Assembly (NCBI GenBank): GCA_028279745.1
Contig: JANQNC010000001.1
Location: 360,001-392,000 of the forward strand
Direction of reading: 5' to 3'
Source: Candidatus Nanoarchaeia archaeon
GTDB lineage: Archaea > Nanobdellota > Nanobdellia > Woesearchaeales > JANQNC01
Length of the DNA stretch: 32,000 nucleotides
Shown here: one piece after another, positions 16,954 to 24,939 of the stretch
How the letters are laid out: the number at the start of each line of letters is the position of its first letter
Numbering within the stretch: position 1 is the stretch's first letter
The notes under the pieces: generated by a model
What the model saw: only the letters and a program-made list of their open reading frames with translations
What the model was told of the DNA's origin: nothing
Databases searched by the model: none
Made by a program: the position numbers and the translations under genes

Positions 16954-17094
16954 ATGTACGATAATAATCAAACACAATACAAACCAATCACATACGAACC
17001 ACAACTTATGATGACTGCTCCAAAGAAGGAGAAAAAACCATCACTGTTGATGGAAATGTATAACATCCTAAAAGCAGGAATATACTTCAGATAA
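16954..17094 (+). CDS. Possible 46-aa ORF (MYDNNQTQYKPITYEPQLMMTAPKKEKKPSLLMEMYNILKAGIYFR)
   Basis: GGGGGTGA lies 4 nt upstream of the ATG. Ends 19 nt before the HD gene. No homology recognised. Confidence 0.25.
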   Translation: MYDNNQTQYKPITYEPQLMMTAPKKEKKPSLLMEMYNILKAGIYFR

Positions 17095-17113
17095 AACTTT
17101 TTTTATAACAAAT

Positions 17114-17644
17114 ATGAGAGAGAAAACAGCCATAACTCTCTTGAAAGAGAGAACTCTTGGCCTATTCAAAATATTATTAAGGCATGTGCAGAAGGTAAGA
17201 CAGATTGCTGTGCAAATAGCAAAACAGATACCTGATGCAGATATGCAGTTAGTAAAAACAGGAGCATTACTTCATGACATTGGAAGAGTGAACTGCCCCC
17301 CTCAAGACAAGAAAAAGTCACACTGGCACGGAGTGGAAGGAGGCAACATACTAAGAGGATACAGATTAGAAAAGGAAGCAAGAATAGCAGAAAGACACTT
17401 GGGAGGTGGAATAGACAAAAAAGAGGCAAAAAAGCTCGGCTTCCCAGACAGAATATACACCCCACTCACAATAGAAGAAAAAATTGTTTGTTATGCGGAC
17501 AAACTAGTTGAGTACGACAAAAAGATACCCATAAAAAAAACAATAGTAAGATTTGAAAAAGAGGTGGGAAAGGATGCAGCAAATAAAATCAAGAAACTGC
17601 ACAACTACCTAATAAAAAAAGGAATGAAAGGTGATAAACTATGA
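17114..17644 (+). CDS. HD-domain metal-dependent phosphohydrolase
   Basis: 176 aa with LLHDIGR (the HD dyad), ERHLGGG and CYADKL. Confidence 0.8.
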   Translation: MREKTAITLLKERTLGLFKILLRHVQKVRQIAVQIAKQIPDADMQLVKTGALLHDIGRVNCPPQDKKKSHWHGVEGGNILRGYRLEKEARIAERHLGGGIDKKEAKKLGFPDRIYTPLTIEEKIVCYADKLVEYDKKIPIKKTIVRFEKEVGKDAANKIKKLHNYLIKKGMKGDKL

Positions 17645-17654
17645 GAGCAATACT

Positions 17655-18863
17655 TTACAAGAACTTATTCAGTTTGGTCTGGTGCTTTATATGCTTCACC
17701 AAAACACTTCTATCCAAAACATTAGCTAATTCATAACCAAACTTCTTTTTTATTAATTTTTTAGAAAACTCAATCATCAAGTCTCTATCAGCAAACTGTA
17801 TAGGTGGAGAGTTAATAGTTTTTCTAACAGCTTCTCTGACAACCCAAACACCCAAAGGAGTATAATATTCTTCTGAGATAAATCTTAACACGAAAACAGA
17901 GGATTGTCTTTTCATCTGCTTTAATTTTTCAATTATTGGGAGTCTAGCAGCATAATATCCTCCAACACAATTTTCAGCATACTTTGTTCTTCCTTTGAAT
18001 AATTCGTAATCAGTGCTGAAAGTAATATTATTTGGGTCTTTCTTTAACATTCCTTCAAATAACTCAAAACCCCAAACGTCATCAAATAAAAGAATCAGAT
18101 AATAATTTCCAAGATAACTGTTGAAGAAAGCTAAACAGTCAGATTCTGGAAAATCTCTTAGTTCCTTGATAATATTTTTACCAACATTATCATCAACAGC
18201 AGTAATAGACCACTTTGTAGGCACCAGACGTCTATCCTTCTTTACTCCAATGTTGCCAATGCTTAATAGTTTAGTAAGAAAAGATTCTTCATAACCTTTA
18301 TCATATAAAGTGTTCATAGCTTCATTTGCTTTGAAGTCTATATCACTAACAACTTTATCAACTTTAGTGTCAATCTTTGGGTTTGAGGTTAATTCAACCT
18401 TTTGTAAATTAGCATTTGGGCCGGTTGGAGCCATCATGTTACTAAAGTTAACATTAAACTTCATCTTCTCTTTTAGGTCAACTTCAATATCTACTGGCTT
18501 TGAGGCCATGCCAACTTCTTGACTTAGTTCTAAAAGTTTATCTGTATGCCTAATGTCTGTGTTAAATCTTGAGTTGACTAATTCAGATCTAAGTGCAATG
18601 ACTTTATCGATCTCAAACTCATTTTTCCCCCAGAACCTTTGAGCGTCGAAAAGCCAGGCGTTTTTATCTAATTCAGTAGGACTCATAATCCCAACATTAA
18701 CTTTAGGATAGCCATATTCTCCTACGAATACTGTTGGTGCTGAGCCTTCAAAACTATTGTCGATAATGTTTGTCTTGAAATGATTAACAGCAGACTCTTT
18801 AGATCTTAAAGGACAGTATGCTTTATCACATGCTTCACTTTTACCACACCTAGGACATCTCAT
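17655..18863 (-). CDS. nreA: Archaeal Nre-family protein (NreA-like; DUF650/DUF651 architecture)
   Basis: 402 aa. N-terminal Cys cluster MRCPRCGKSEACDKAYCP. Hallmark APTVFVGEYGYPKVNVG. C-terminal YYTPLGVWVVRE. Confidence 0.75.
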   Translation of the reverse strand: MRCPRCGKSEACDKAYCPLRSKESAVNHFKTNIIDNSFEGSAPTVFVGEYGYPKVNVGIMSPTELDKNAWLFDAQRFWGKNEFEIDKVIALRSELVNSRFNTDIRHTDKLLELSQEVGMASKPVDIEVDLKEKMKFNVNFSNMMAPTGPNANLQKVELTSNPKIDTKVDKVVSDIDFKANEAMNTLYDKGYEESFLTKLLSIGNIGVKKDRRLVPTKWSITAVDDNVGKNIIKELRDFPESDCLAFFNSYLGNYYLILLFDDVWGFELFEGMLKKDPNNITFSTDYELFKGRTKYAENCVGGYYAARLPIIEKLKQMKRQSSVFVLRFISEEYYTPLGVWVVREAVRKTINSPPIQFADRDLMIEFSKKLIKKKFGYELANVLDRSVLVKHIKHQTKLNKFL

Positions 18864-19029
18864 ACTTAAAAGAATTTTAAAGTGTTAAAAAAAGGTTTGG
18901 GTTGGCCTTTAAAAAAGGGTTAGCTTATTTGGGGCAAATAAATGAGCCCTTTTTACAAATAAGTGTTTTATAAATAATGGGTGGGTTGTTTGATAAATTA
19001 CTACTAAAAAGGGGTAAAAAATAGAAAGA

Positions 19030-19037
19030 TTTAAAAA
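19030..19037 (+). promoter_or_regulatory. TATA-box-like element upstream of the repeat-protein gene
   Basis: TTTAAAAA lies 17-23 nt before ATGs 19054/19060. The spacing suggests a leaderless or near-leaderless mRNA. Confidence 0.3.
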
Positions 19038-19053
19038 GGGTTTTGTCTTCCAG

Positions 19054-20715
19054 ATGATTATGAATAAGAAAAGGAACACAATTGAGGAGATCGCAGACTT
19101 TCTATTAGAGAATGGAGGGATTACTGAAGAGGGCAGAGTTCACTATGAGTTGAAAGGTGCGAGGTGTGAGGAGTTAGAATCTGCTATTGTTATGGCTGAA
19201 TTGAGGGGTCTGCCAAAAGGCTTCAAGCCTTATCATGCTAGACAGATTAAATGTGTTTGGGATAATCCTGAATACGTTGAGAATGTCTTAGTTAGCAAGA
19301 TTGATCAAGTGTTGGAAGAAAAATGTAAGGACAGTTTATTTGATTTAATAACTAAAACCGTCACGTCTCACTTATTTTCTCATTTTAAAGATGAAGTCAA
19401 TGGTAAAGCTTTGAAGGTTTCAATGCGTTCGGTTAGCGGTAAATTTAACCAATGTGCATTTGAAATGGTCAAAAAGTATGTAGATTTGAAAGGTATAAAA
19501 GGTTTTGAAAATCTAAAACCTTATCATTTTAAGCAAGCATCTCAGAATACGTGGGATGATGAATGTATTGTGAATGAAGTCTTAAAAAGGAGAATTGGTG
19601 AATTACTAAAAGAAAATTATAACAATGACTTTGTTAAACTAATTTCAAAGGTAAGTTATGAGGAGTTAGTTGCACCTATTAGAGATAAACTTGATGGAAA
19701 AGATGTTGAAGTTTCTCTAGTTAGGTTTAGTAAAAAGTTTGGCGACAATATTTATAATATACTCAAAGCTTATGTTGGTTTAGAAGGTTTGGAGGGTTTT
19801 GAGAATTTTAAACCATATCATCTTAACAACACTACCAGAAACACTTGGAACGATCAATCTGCATTAGATGAAGTTCTTATGAGAAAGGTTGATCAGTTAT
19901 TGGAAGAAAAATATGAGGGTAGTTTGGCTAGGTTAATAGAATGCACAGATAAGTTTGAATTATTTACTCCTATAAAAGATAATTTGGGCGGTAAAGATAT
20001 TAATATTTCAGTTTATAGTGTAGGTCAGAAGTTTAATGATAGTCCTTACCTTATGATTAAGTCTTATATTGATCTTAAAGGTTTAAAAGGTTTTGATAAC
20101 TTTAAAGCATATCATCTAGGTGCACCCGATCATGACATTTGGAGTAATCAAGATGCAGTAAATGAGGTTCTTGTTATGAAAATTGATCAATTGTTGGAGG
20201 AAAGTTATAAAGGAGATTTGATCGAATTGATAAAGAATACATGTAATAACGAATTATTGGCTCCCGTTATAGATAAACTTAATGGGGAAGAAGTTAAGAT
20301 TCGGATGCGTTCAGTAGCGGATAAATTTAACACGTGCCCATTTAAAATGATCAAAGCATATATTTGTCTTAAGGGGTTAGATGGTTTTGAGAAGTTTAAA
20401 CCATATCATCTCGGCAACTCATCTAAAGAAACCTGGTCTGATCAAGATGCAGTAAATGAGGTTCTTGTTATGAAAATTGATCAATTGTTGGAGGAAAAAT
20501 ATGGGGGTGACTTAGTGAAACTAACAACTAGTACAAATCATAAGGAATTAACAACACCTGTTAAAGACGAGCTTGGTGGAAAAGATGTTGAGATTTCAAT
20601 GTATAGGTTAAATACAAAATTTAATGATAGCCCATATGAAATGCTAAAAAAATATCATGAAATAAAAGGTCTACCTTTCAACTATACCAAAAGTAATTAT
20701 AAGACTGCAGTGTAA
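19054..20715 (+). CDS. Orphan tandem-repeat protein: five ~98-aa repeats plus an N-terminal partial repeat
   Basis: Repeat consensus is KPYHxxxxxxxxW[DNS]xxxxVxEVLxxKIDQLLEExYxGxLxxLIxxxxxxELxxPxxDxLxGKxVxISxxSVxxKFNxSPYxMxKxYxxLKGLxGFxNF. No signal peptide or TM. An alternative start lies at ATG 19060. Confidence 0.7.
   Translation: MIMNKKRNTIEEIADFLLENGGITEEGRVHYELKGARCEELESAIVMAELRGLPKGFKPYHARQIKCVWDNPEYVENVLVSKIDQVLEEKCKDSLFDLITKTVTSHLFSHFKDEVNGKALKVSMRSVSGKFNQCAFEMVKKYVDLKGIKGFENLKPYHFKQASQNTWDDECIVNEVLKRRIGELLKENYNNDFVKLISKVSYEELVAPIRDKLDGKDVEVSLVRFSKKFGDNIYNILKAYVGLEGLEGFENFKPYHLNNTTRNTWNDQSALDEVLMRKVDQLLEEKYEGSLARLIECTDKFELFTPIKDNLGGKDINISVYSVGQKFNDSPYLMIKSYIDLKGLKGFDNFKAYHLGAPDHDIWSNQDAVNEVLVMKIDQLLEESYKGDLIELIKNTCNNELLAPVIDKLNGEEVKIRMRSVADKFNTCPFKMIKAYICLKGLDGFEKFKPYHLGNSSKETWSDQDAVNEVLVMKIDQLLEEKYGGDLVKLTTSTNHKELTTPVKDELGGKDVEISMYRLNTKFNDSPYEMLKKYHEIKGLPFNYTKSNYKTAV
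19222..20691 (+). repeat. Five tandem in-frame repeats with exact 294-nt period
   Basis: The AAA-CCx-TAT-CAT (KPYH; KAYH in unit 4) landmark recurs at 19222, 19516, 19810, 20104 and 20398. Units 4 and 5 share an identical 57-nt block (20147-20203 = 20441-20497). Confidence 0.85.
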
Positions 20716-20830
20716 AAAAACCCGAGGATTATTTACAAACAATACTCCCCTGTAAAAACATATCTTTCTAAGTTTTCTAAAAAGATCTAAATAATACCTC
20801 CTTATTTGGTTCTAAAAATACATTCCCTTC

Positions 20831-23428
20831 TCAATCCAACTCATGAGTTAAAGCACCAATAACTTTGTTAGCTACGAAGCCAATGGCTAAGAGAATCAAT
20901 GCAACAGCACCCATCATCAACCATTCTGAGAACATCAAAGGAACTGCCTTAAACAAGAAGTTCAATGGGCTGTAAACTACTGCAACCTGTAACGCAATTG
21001 AAGATAATACTGCCAAAATAAGGTACTTATTTGAGAACACCCCCAACTTATATTTTGCTCTAACCATGTAAACCCTTACAAGCTCTAAAACAACCAAAGT
21101 TGAGAACGCAACAGTTCTTGCCCTATCAACATCGCCAAACTCGGACAAGGTTTTATTAAATAAAAATAATGTCCCTATACAAATTAAGACACCAACAATA
21201 ATTATGTTTAGAGTCATATTTGCACTGACAATATGCTCTTTAGGATTTCGGGGCTTTCTTTGCATAACATCTTTACTTATAGGATCAACACCCAAAGCCA
21301 AAGCAGGCAAACCATCCGTAACAAGATTAATCCATAAAATCTGAACTGCAACTAAAGGCAAAGGCCAACCTAGCAAAGTTGCAACAAATAAAATCAATAC
21401 TTCTCCAATGTTCGATGAAAGAAGATAGTTAACAAATTTCTTAATGTTATCATAAATACCTCTTCCTTCTTCAACAGCATTAACAATACTAGAATAATTA
21501 TCATCAGTCAAGACCATAGCAGAAGCTTCTTTAGCAACATCTGTTCCTGAACCAACACAAACACCAATATCTGCTTTCTTCAAAGCAGGCGCATCATTAA
21601 CACCATCACCAGTCATAGCAACAACATTACCTTTTCTTTGTAATGCTTCAATAATCCTCATCTTATGTTCAGGATTAACTCTAGCATAAACCGCAATCTT
21701 ATCAACAATAGAATCAATATGTTCAATCTTATCTAACTCTTCACCGGAGATAGCTTCGCCTTCAATGCCTAACTCATTAGCGATAGCCAAAGCAGTTGTT
21801 TTATGATCTCCAGTGATTACAACTGGTTTAATTCCTGCAGATTTACATCTTTCAATAGCATCTCTGACTTCAGCTCTAGGAGGGTCAATCATCGCTTGTA
21901 AACCCATAAAGATTAAGTCAGACTCATAATTCTTAGAAGTTGGGTTTTCTTTGTAAGCAAAACCCAAAACTCTTAATGCCTGATTAGCAAACTCTTCGTT
22001 CTGCTTCAAGATTTTGTTTTTGTCTTCAGATGTTATTGCTCTAATCTTACCTTTATCATAAATTTTAGTGCAAATCTTCAATATTTGATCTGGTGCACCT
22101 TTAGTATAGACAACTTTTTTATCTCCAACTTTGTTTAAGGTAGACATCAGTTTTCTAGCAGAATCAAAAGGAAGCTCATCAACTCTAGGATATTTTTTTT
22201 CTAAATCAACTTTAAGAACATTGTTTTTAGCAGCGCTAGTTATTAAGCAAGCTTCAGTAGGATCACCTGTTATATTACCTTGAGGGTCTAAAGAAGCATT
22301 ATTACACATAGCACCAATACCTAAAAGCATATCAAGACCTTTAGGCTCATGAGAAAATTTACCAACTGGCTTGTACCCTTCACCACTAACTTCAACAACT
22401 TCTCCGTTAAGATATATTTTTCTTACAGTCATCTCATTATGAGTAAGAGTGCCTGTTTTATCTGAGCAGATTACTGTAACTGATCCTAGTGTTTCTACAC
22501 TTGGAAGTTTTCTCATTAACGCATGACGTTTAACCATACGTTGTACACCCAAAGCCAAAGAGATAGTTACAACCGCAGGCAAACCTTCGGGGATGGCTGC
22601 AACAGCTAAACTAACTGCAGTCAAAAACATCTCGATAGGCGGATTTCCTTTCAAAACACCTGCTCCGAATACAACAGCACAGATAAAGATAGTAACAACA
22701 CCCAACCATTTACCTAACCCCGCCAGTTTCTTCTGTAAAGGGGTTGTGCTTTCTGGCTCTTCCTGAATCAAAGTAGCAATCTTCCCAATCTCAGACTCCA
22801 TACCTGTACCAGCCACTACAGCTTTACAATGACCCCTAGTAACAATAGTTGAAGAAAAGACCATGTTCTTTCTTTCAGCAACAGCAGCATCAGTCCTAAC
22901 TACATCTAATTTTTTACCAACCGGAACTGACTCTCCAGTTAGGGTTGCTTCTTGAATGTCTAAATCTTGCAATTCAAATATTCTAGCATCAGCAGGCACC
23001 TTATCCCCTTCTTCTAAAGAGATAACATCACCGGGGACTAATTCTGCAGCATCAATCTTCTGCAATTTGCCTTCTCTCAAGACTGTTGCTTTCAGACTTG
23101 TCAATTTCTTTAATGCTTGGATGGCTTTCTCTGCTTTGTATTCCTGAATAAAACCAAATACTGCATTTAGAATAACTATAACCCCTATTACCCCTGCGTC
23201 TATATACTCTCCAAGAAATGCTGAGATGAATAAAGCAGCAATCAGAATCCAGACAATTATTGAGTTAAATTGTGATAAGAAAATTTGTAAAGCCGTCTTT
23301 TGCTTCTTCTCTTTTAGTGTGTTAGGACCATATTTTTCAAGCCTTTTCTGAGCATCTAATTTTGACAGTCCCTTCTCTGAAGAATCAAGCTTTTCAAATA
23401 CCTCTTTCACTTCTTGATCAAAATACAT
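20831..23428 (-). CDS. P-type cation-transporting ATPase, P2A (Ca2+-ATPase/PacL-like)
   Basis: 865 aa. Phosphorylation site CSDKTGTLT, actuator TGES, hinge MTGDGVNDAPALKKADIG, PEGLP in TM4, about 10 TM segments. Ca2+ specificity is inferred from subfamily resemblance only. Confidence 0.9.
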   Translation of the reverse strand: MYFDQEVKEVFEKLDSSEKGLSKLDAQKRLEKYGPNTLKEKKQKTALQIFLSQFNSIIVWILIAALFISAFLGEYIDAGVIGVIVILNAVFGFIQEYKAEKAIQALKKLTSLKATVLREGKLQKIDAAELVPGDVISLEEGDKVPADARIFELQDLDIQEATLTGESVPVGKKLDVVRTDAAVAERKNMVFSSTIVTRGHCKAVVAGTGMESEIGKIATLIQEEPESTTPLQKKLAGLGKWLGVVTIFICAVVFGAGVLKGNPPIEMFLTAVSLAVAAIPEGLPAVVTISLALGVQRMVKRHALMRKLPSVETLGSVTVICSDKTGTLTHNEMTVRKIYLNGEVVEVSGEGYKPVGKFSHEPKGLDMLLGIGAMCNNASLDPQGNITGDPTEACLITSAAKNNVLKVDLEKKYPRVDELPFDSARKLMSTLNKVGDKKVVYTKGAPDQILKICTKIYDKGKIRAITSEDKNKILKQNEEFANQALRVLGFAYKENPTSKNYESDLIFMGLQAMIDPPRAEVRDAIERCKSAGIKPVVITGDHKTTALAIANELGIEGEAISGEELDKIEHIDSIVDKIAVYARVNPEHKMRIIEALQRKGNVVAMTGDGVNDAPALKKADIGVCVGSGTDVAKEASAMVLTDDNYSSIVNAVEEGRGIYDNIKKFVNYLLSSNIGEVLILFVATLLGWPLPLVAVQILWINLVTDGLPALALGVDPISKDVMQRKPRNPKEHIVSANMTLNIIIVGVLICIGTLFLFNKTLSEFGDVDRARTVAFSTLVVLELVRVYMVRAKYKLGVFSNKYLILAVLSSIALQVAVVYSPLNFLFKAVPLMFSEWLMMGAVALILLAIGFVANKVIGALTHELD

Positions 23429-23567
23429 CTAAACCCCTCTTTTATTGTTTAGTTGTAAGAGCGTTTTATAAAGATTATGTATAACAAAAACCAAAACGGT
23501 TAAAAATCAAGAGAATAAGGGGTGAGATGGTCAGCTATTAACGCTGCAAGAACTAAGAGGTGTAAAT

Positions 23568-23936
23568 ATGAATGTATTCAAATGCGAAGTCTGTGGAAAC
23601 ACAATATCTTTTGTAGACAACAAAGGACCAAAGATAGTATGCTGTGACAAAGAGATGGAAGAATTACCAATAAAAACAGAAGATGAAGGACAAGAAAAAC
23701 ACGTGCCAGTATTAAGTGTGGAAGGAAACAAAGTAAATGTTAAAGTTGGATCTGTAGAACACCCAATGGAAGACGAACACTACATACAACTTATTCAATT
23801 AGTCCAGAATGACAAAGTAATATTTGAAAAAAGACTATCTCCAGGAGAAAAACCAGAAGCAGAGTTCTTGGTTGAAAACACTGAAAATCTAAAAGCAAGG
23901 GAAGTATGCAACGTTCACGGATATTGGAGCAACTAA
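23568..23936 (+). CDS. dfx: Desulfoferrodoxin (2Fe superoxide reductase)
   Basis: N-terminal desulforedoxin Cys4 (CEVCGN…VCCDKEM). SOR centre II ligands EKHVP, HPMEDEHYI and CNVHG. 122 aa. Confidence 0.9.
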   Translation: MNVFKCEVCGNTISFVDNKGPKIVCCDKEMEELPIKTEDEGQEKHVPVLSVEGNKVNVKVGSVEHPMEDEHYIQLIQLVQNDKVIFEKRLSPGEKPEAEFLVENTENLKAREVCNVHGYWSN

Positions 23937-23937
23937 A

Positions 23938-24147
23938 ATGGTCTTAACTGAGATTGCATATGCTAAATTTTTAGGTCTTTCAACAATAGTTTATGTTGGG
24001 ATAATTACTTACGCTTTAGTTTTAGCAGCAGTAATCACAGGATTAAAAGGCGCACCAATAAAAGTGCATAAGACATTGGCAGGGTTCGCAATAGTATTAG
24101 CGACAGTACATGCACTTTTAGTGCTTGGCGGACAACTAGGATGGTGA
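23938..24147 (+). CDS. 69-aa two-TM membrane protein with two His 14 residues apart in TM2
   Basis: Starts 1 nt after the dfx stop. Hydrophobic helices at about 11-36 and 46-64. H44 and H58 sit in KVHKTLAGFAIVLATVHALL. Confidence 0.55.
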   Translation: MVLTEIAYAKFLGLSTIVYVGIITYALVLAAVITGLKGAPIKVHKTLAGFAIVLATVHALLVLGGQLGW

Positions 24148-24151
24148 GAAA

Positions 24152-24295
24152 ATGGATAAAAAATTTTTCAGATGCACAGTATGCGGAGACATACACTTTG
24201 GCATTAATGGACCAGAACACTGTCCAACATGCCAGCAGGACAACAAGTATGTAGAAATAGACAAAGAAGAAGCAAAAAACATACTAGGACTATGA
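24152..24295 (+). CDS. 47-aa rubredoxin-like Cys4 zinc-ribbon protein (not in ORF track)
   Basis: MDKKFFRCTVCGDIHFGINGPEHCPTCQQDNKYVEIDKEEAKNILGL has CxxC…CxxC spaced as in the rubrerythrin C-terminal domain. Its TGA overlaps the next ATG (ATGA). Confidence 0.6.
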   Translation: MDKKFFRCTVCGDIHFGINGPEHCPTCQQDNKYVEIDKEEAKNILGL

Positions 24296-24561
24296 ATCCA
24301 GAAGAACTAAAGAAGGCCTGGGGGAAATTTACAGAGAAAAACGAATTTATTCTTAACCCTGATGAAAAATATGTCGATGGCATAATTGATGGCGTGTTAA
24401 AGAACGAAGAGAAACACGGTCTGAAGTTATGTCCTTGCAGACTGAGGGATGAAACAAAAGAAAAAGACCTAGAACTAATATGCCCCTGTAATTTCGAAAT
24501 ACAAAAAAACTGGGATAAAAAAGGAGATTGTTGGTGCGGATTGTTTGTAAAAAGGAAATAG
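24292..24561 (+). CDS. Ferredoxin:thioredoxin reductase catalytic-subunit-like protein, copy 1
   Basis: CPC…CPC…CWCGLF cysteine pattern. I place the start at ATG 24292 (MNPEELKK…), not the track's 24229, whose extra 21 codons overlap the rubredoxin-like ORF. Confidence 0.75.
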   Translation: MNPEELKKAWGKFTEKNEFILNPDEKYVDGIIDGVLKNEEKHGLKLCPCRLRDETKEKDLELICPCNFEIQKNWDKKGDCWCGLFVKRK

Positions 24562-24591
24562 TTAAAAGTAAAGGTGTAAAAGTTATAAAAA

Positions 24592-24897
24592 ATGGATAAA
24601 GAACAACTACTGAACTTCTACAAGAAGTTTACAGAAGGCAAGGACTTCAAACTGACAGAGAATGAAGAACATCTAGACATGATCTTAACAGGTTTAATTA
24701 ATAACCAAAAAAAACATGGAATCAGGAGCTGTCCATGCAAAGCAAATAACGGAAGCAAAGAACAACTAATCAAGAATGCTTGTCCATGCAAGTTCAAAGA
24801 AGAAGAGATCTGGACCAAAGAAAACAGATGTTGGTGTGGATTGTTTGAAAGGAGATCAACAGCTGGAGCATCAGCTGACACTGCAGACGACTCCTAG
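24592..24897 (+). CDS. Ferredoxin:thioredoxin reductase catalytic-subunit-like protein, copy 2
   Basis: Paralogous to copy 1, with the same spacing: CPCKANN…ACPCKFK…RCWCGLFERR. Has an extra S/T/A/D-rich tail. Confidence 0.75.
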   Translation: MDKEQLLNFYKKFTEGKDFKLTENEEHLDMILTGLINNQKKHGIRSCPCKANNGSKEQLIKNACPCKFKEEEIWTKENRCWCGLFERRSTAGASADTADDS

Positions 24898-24939
24898 TGC
24901 GTTGCACCGGAGTCCTCTACGAACGGAGGGAAATAAAAA

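Noticed and set aside
16774-17004. 76-aa minus-strand ORF with a C-terminal hydrophobic stretch (…DSIAVVAIAVSVFFVLIG…) faintly like the Cys-rich proteins' anchors
   Set aside because: It lacks the EIPExN[SA]S motif and KKK end, has no Cys-rich core and no convincing start context. Similarity is limited to generic A/V/I codons. At best it is a decayed relative.
17008-17094. Possible C/D-box sRNA (ATGATGA at 17008)
   Set aside because: No CTGA D or D' boxes at appropriate spacing, and no terminal stem.
24229-24291. N-terminal 21-codon extension of FTR copy 1 given by the ORF track (MPAGQQVCRNRQRRSKKHTRT…)
   Set aside because: The extension overlaps a better-supported 47-aa rubredoxin-like ORF in another frame. 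ATG 24292 gives the classic ATGA stop/start coupling and an N-terminus parallel to copy 2.
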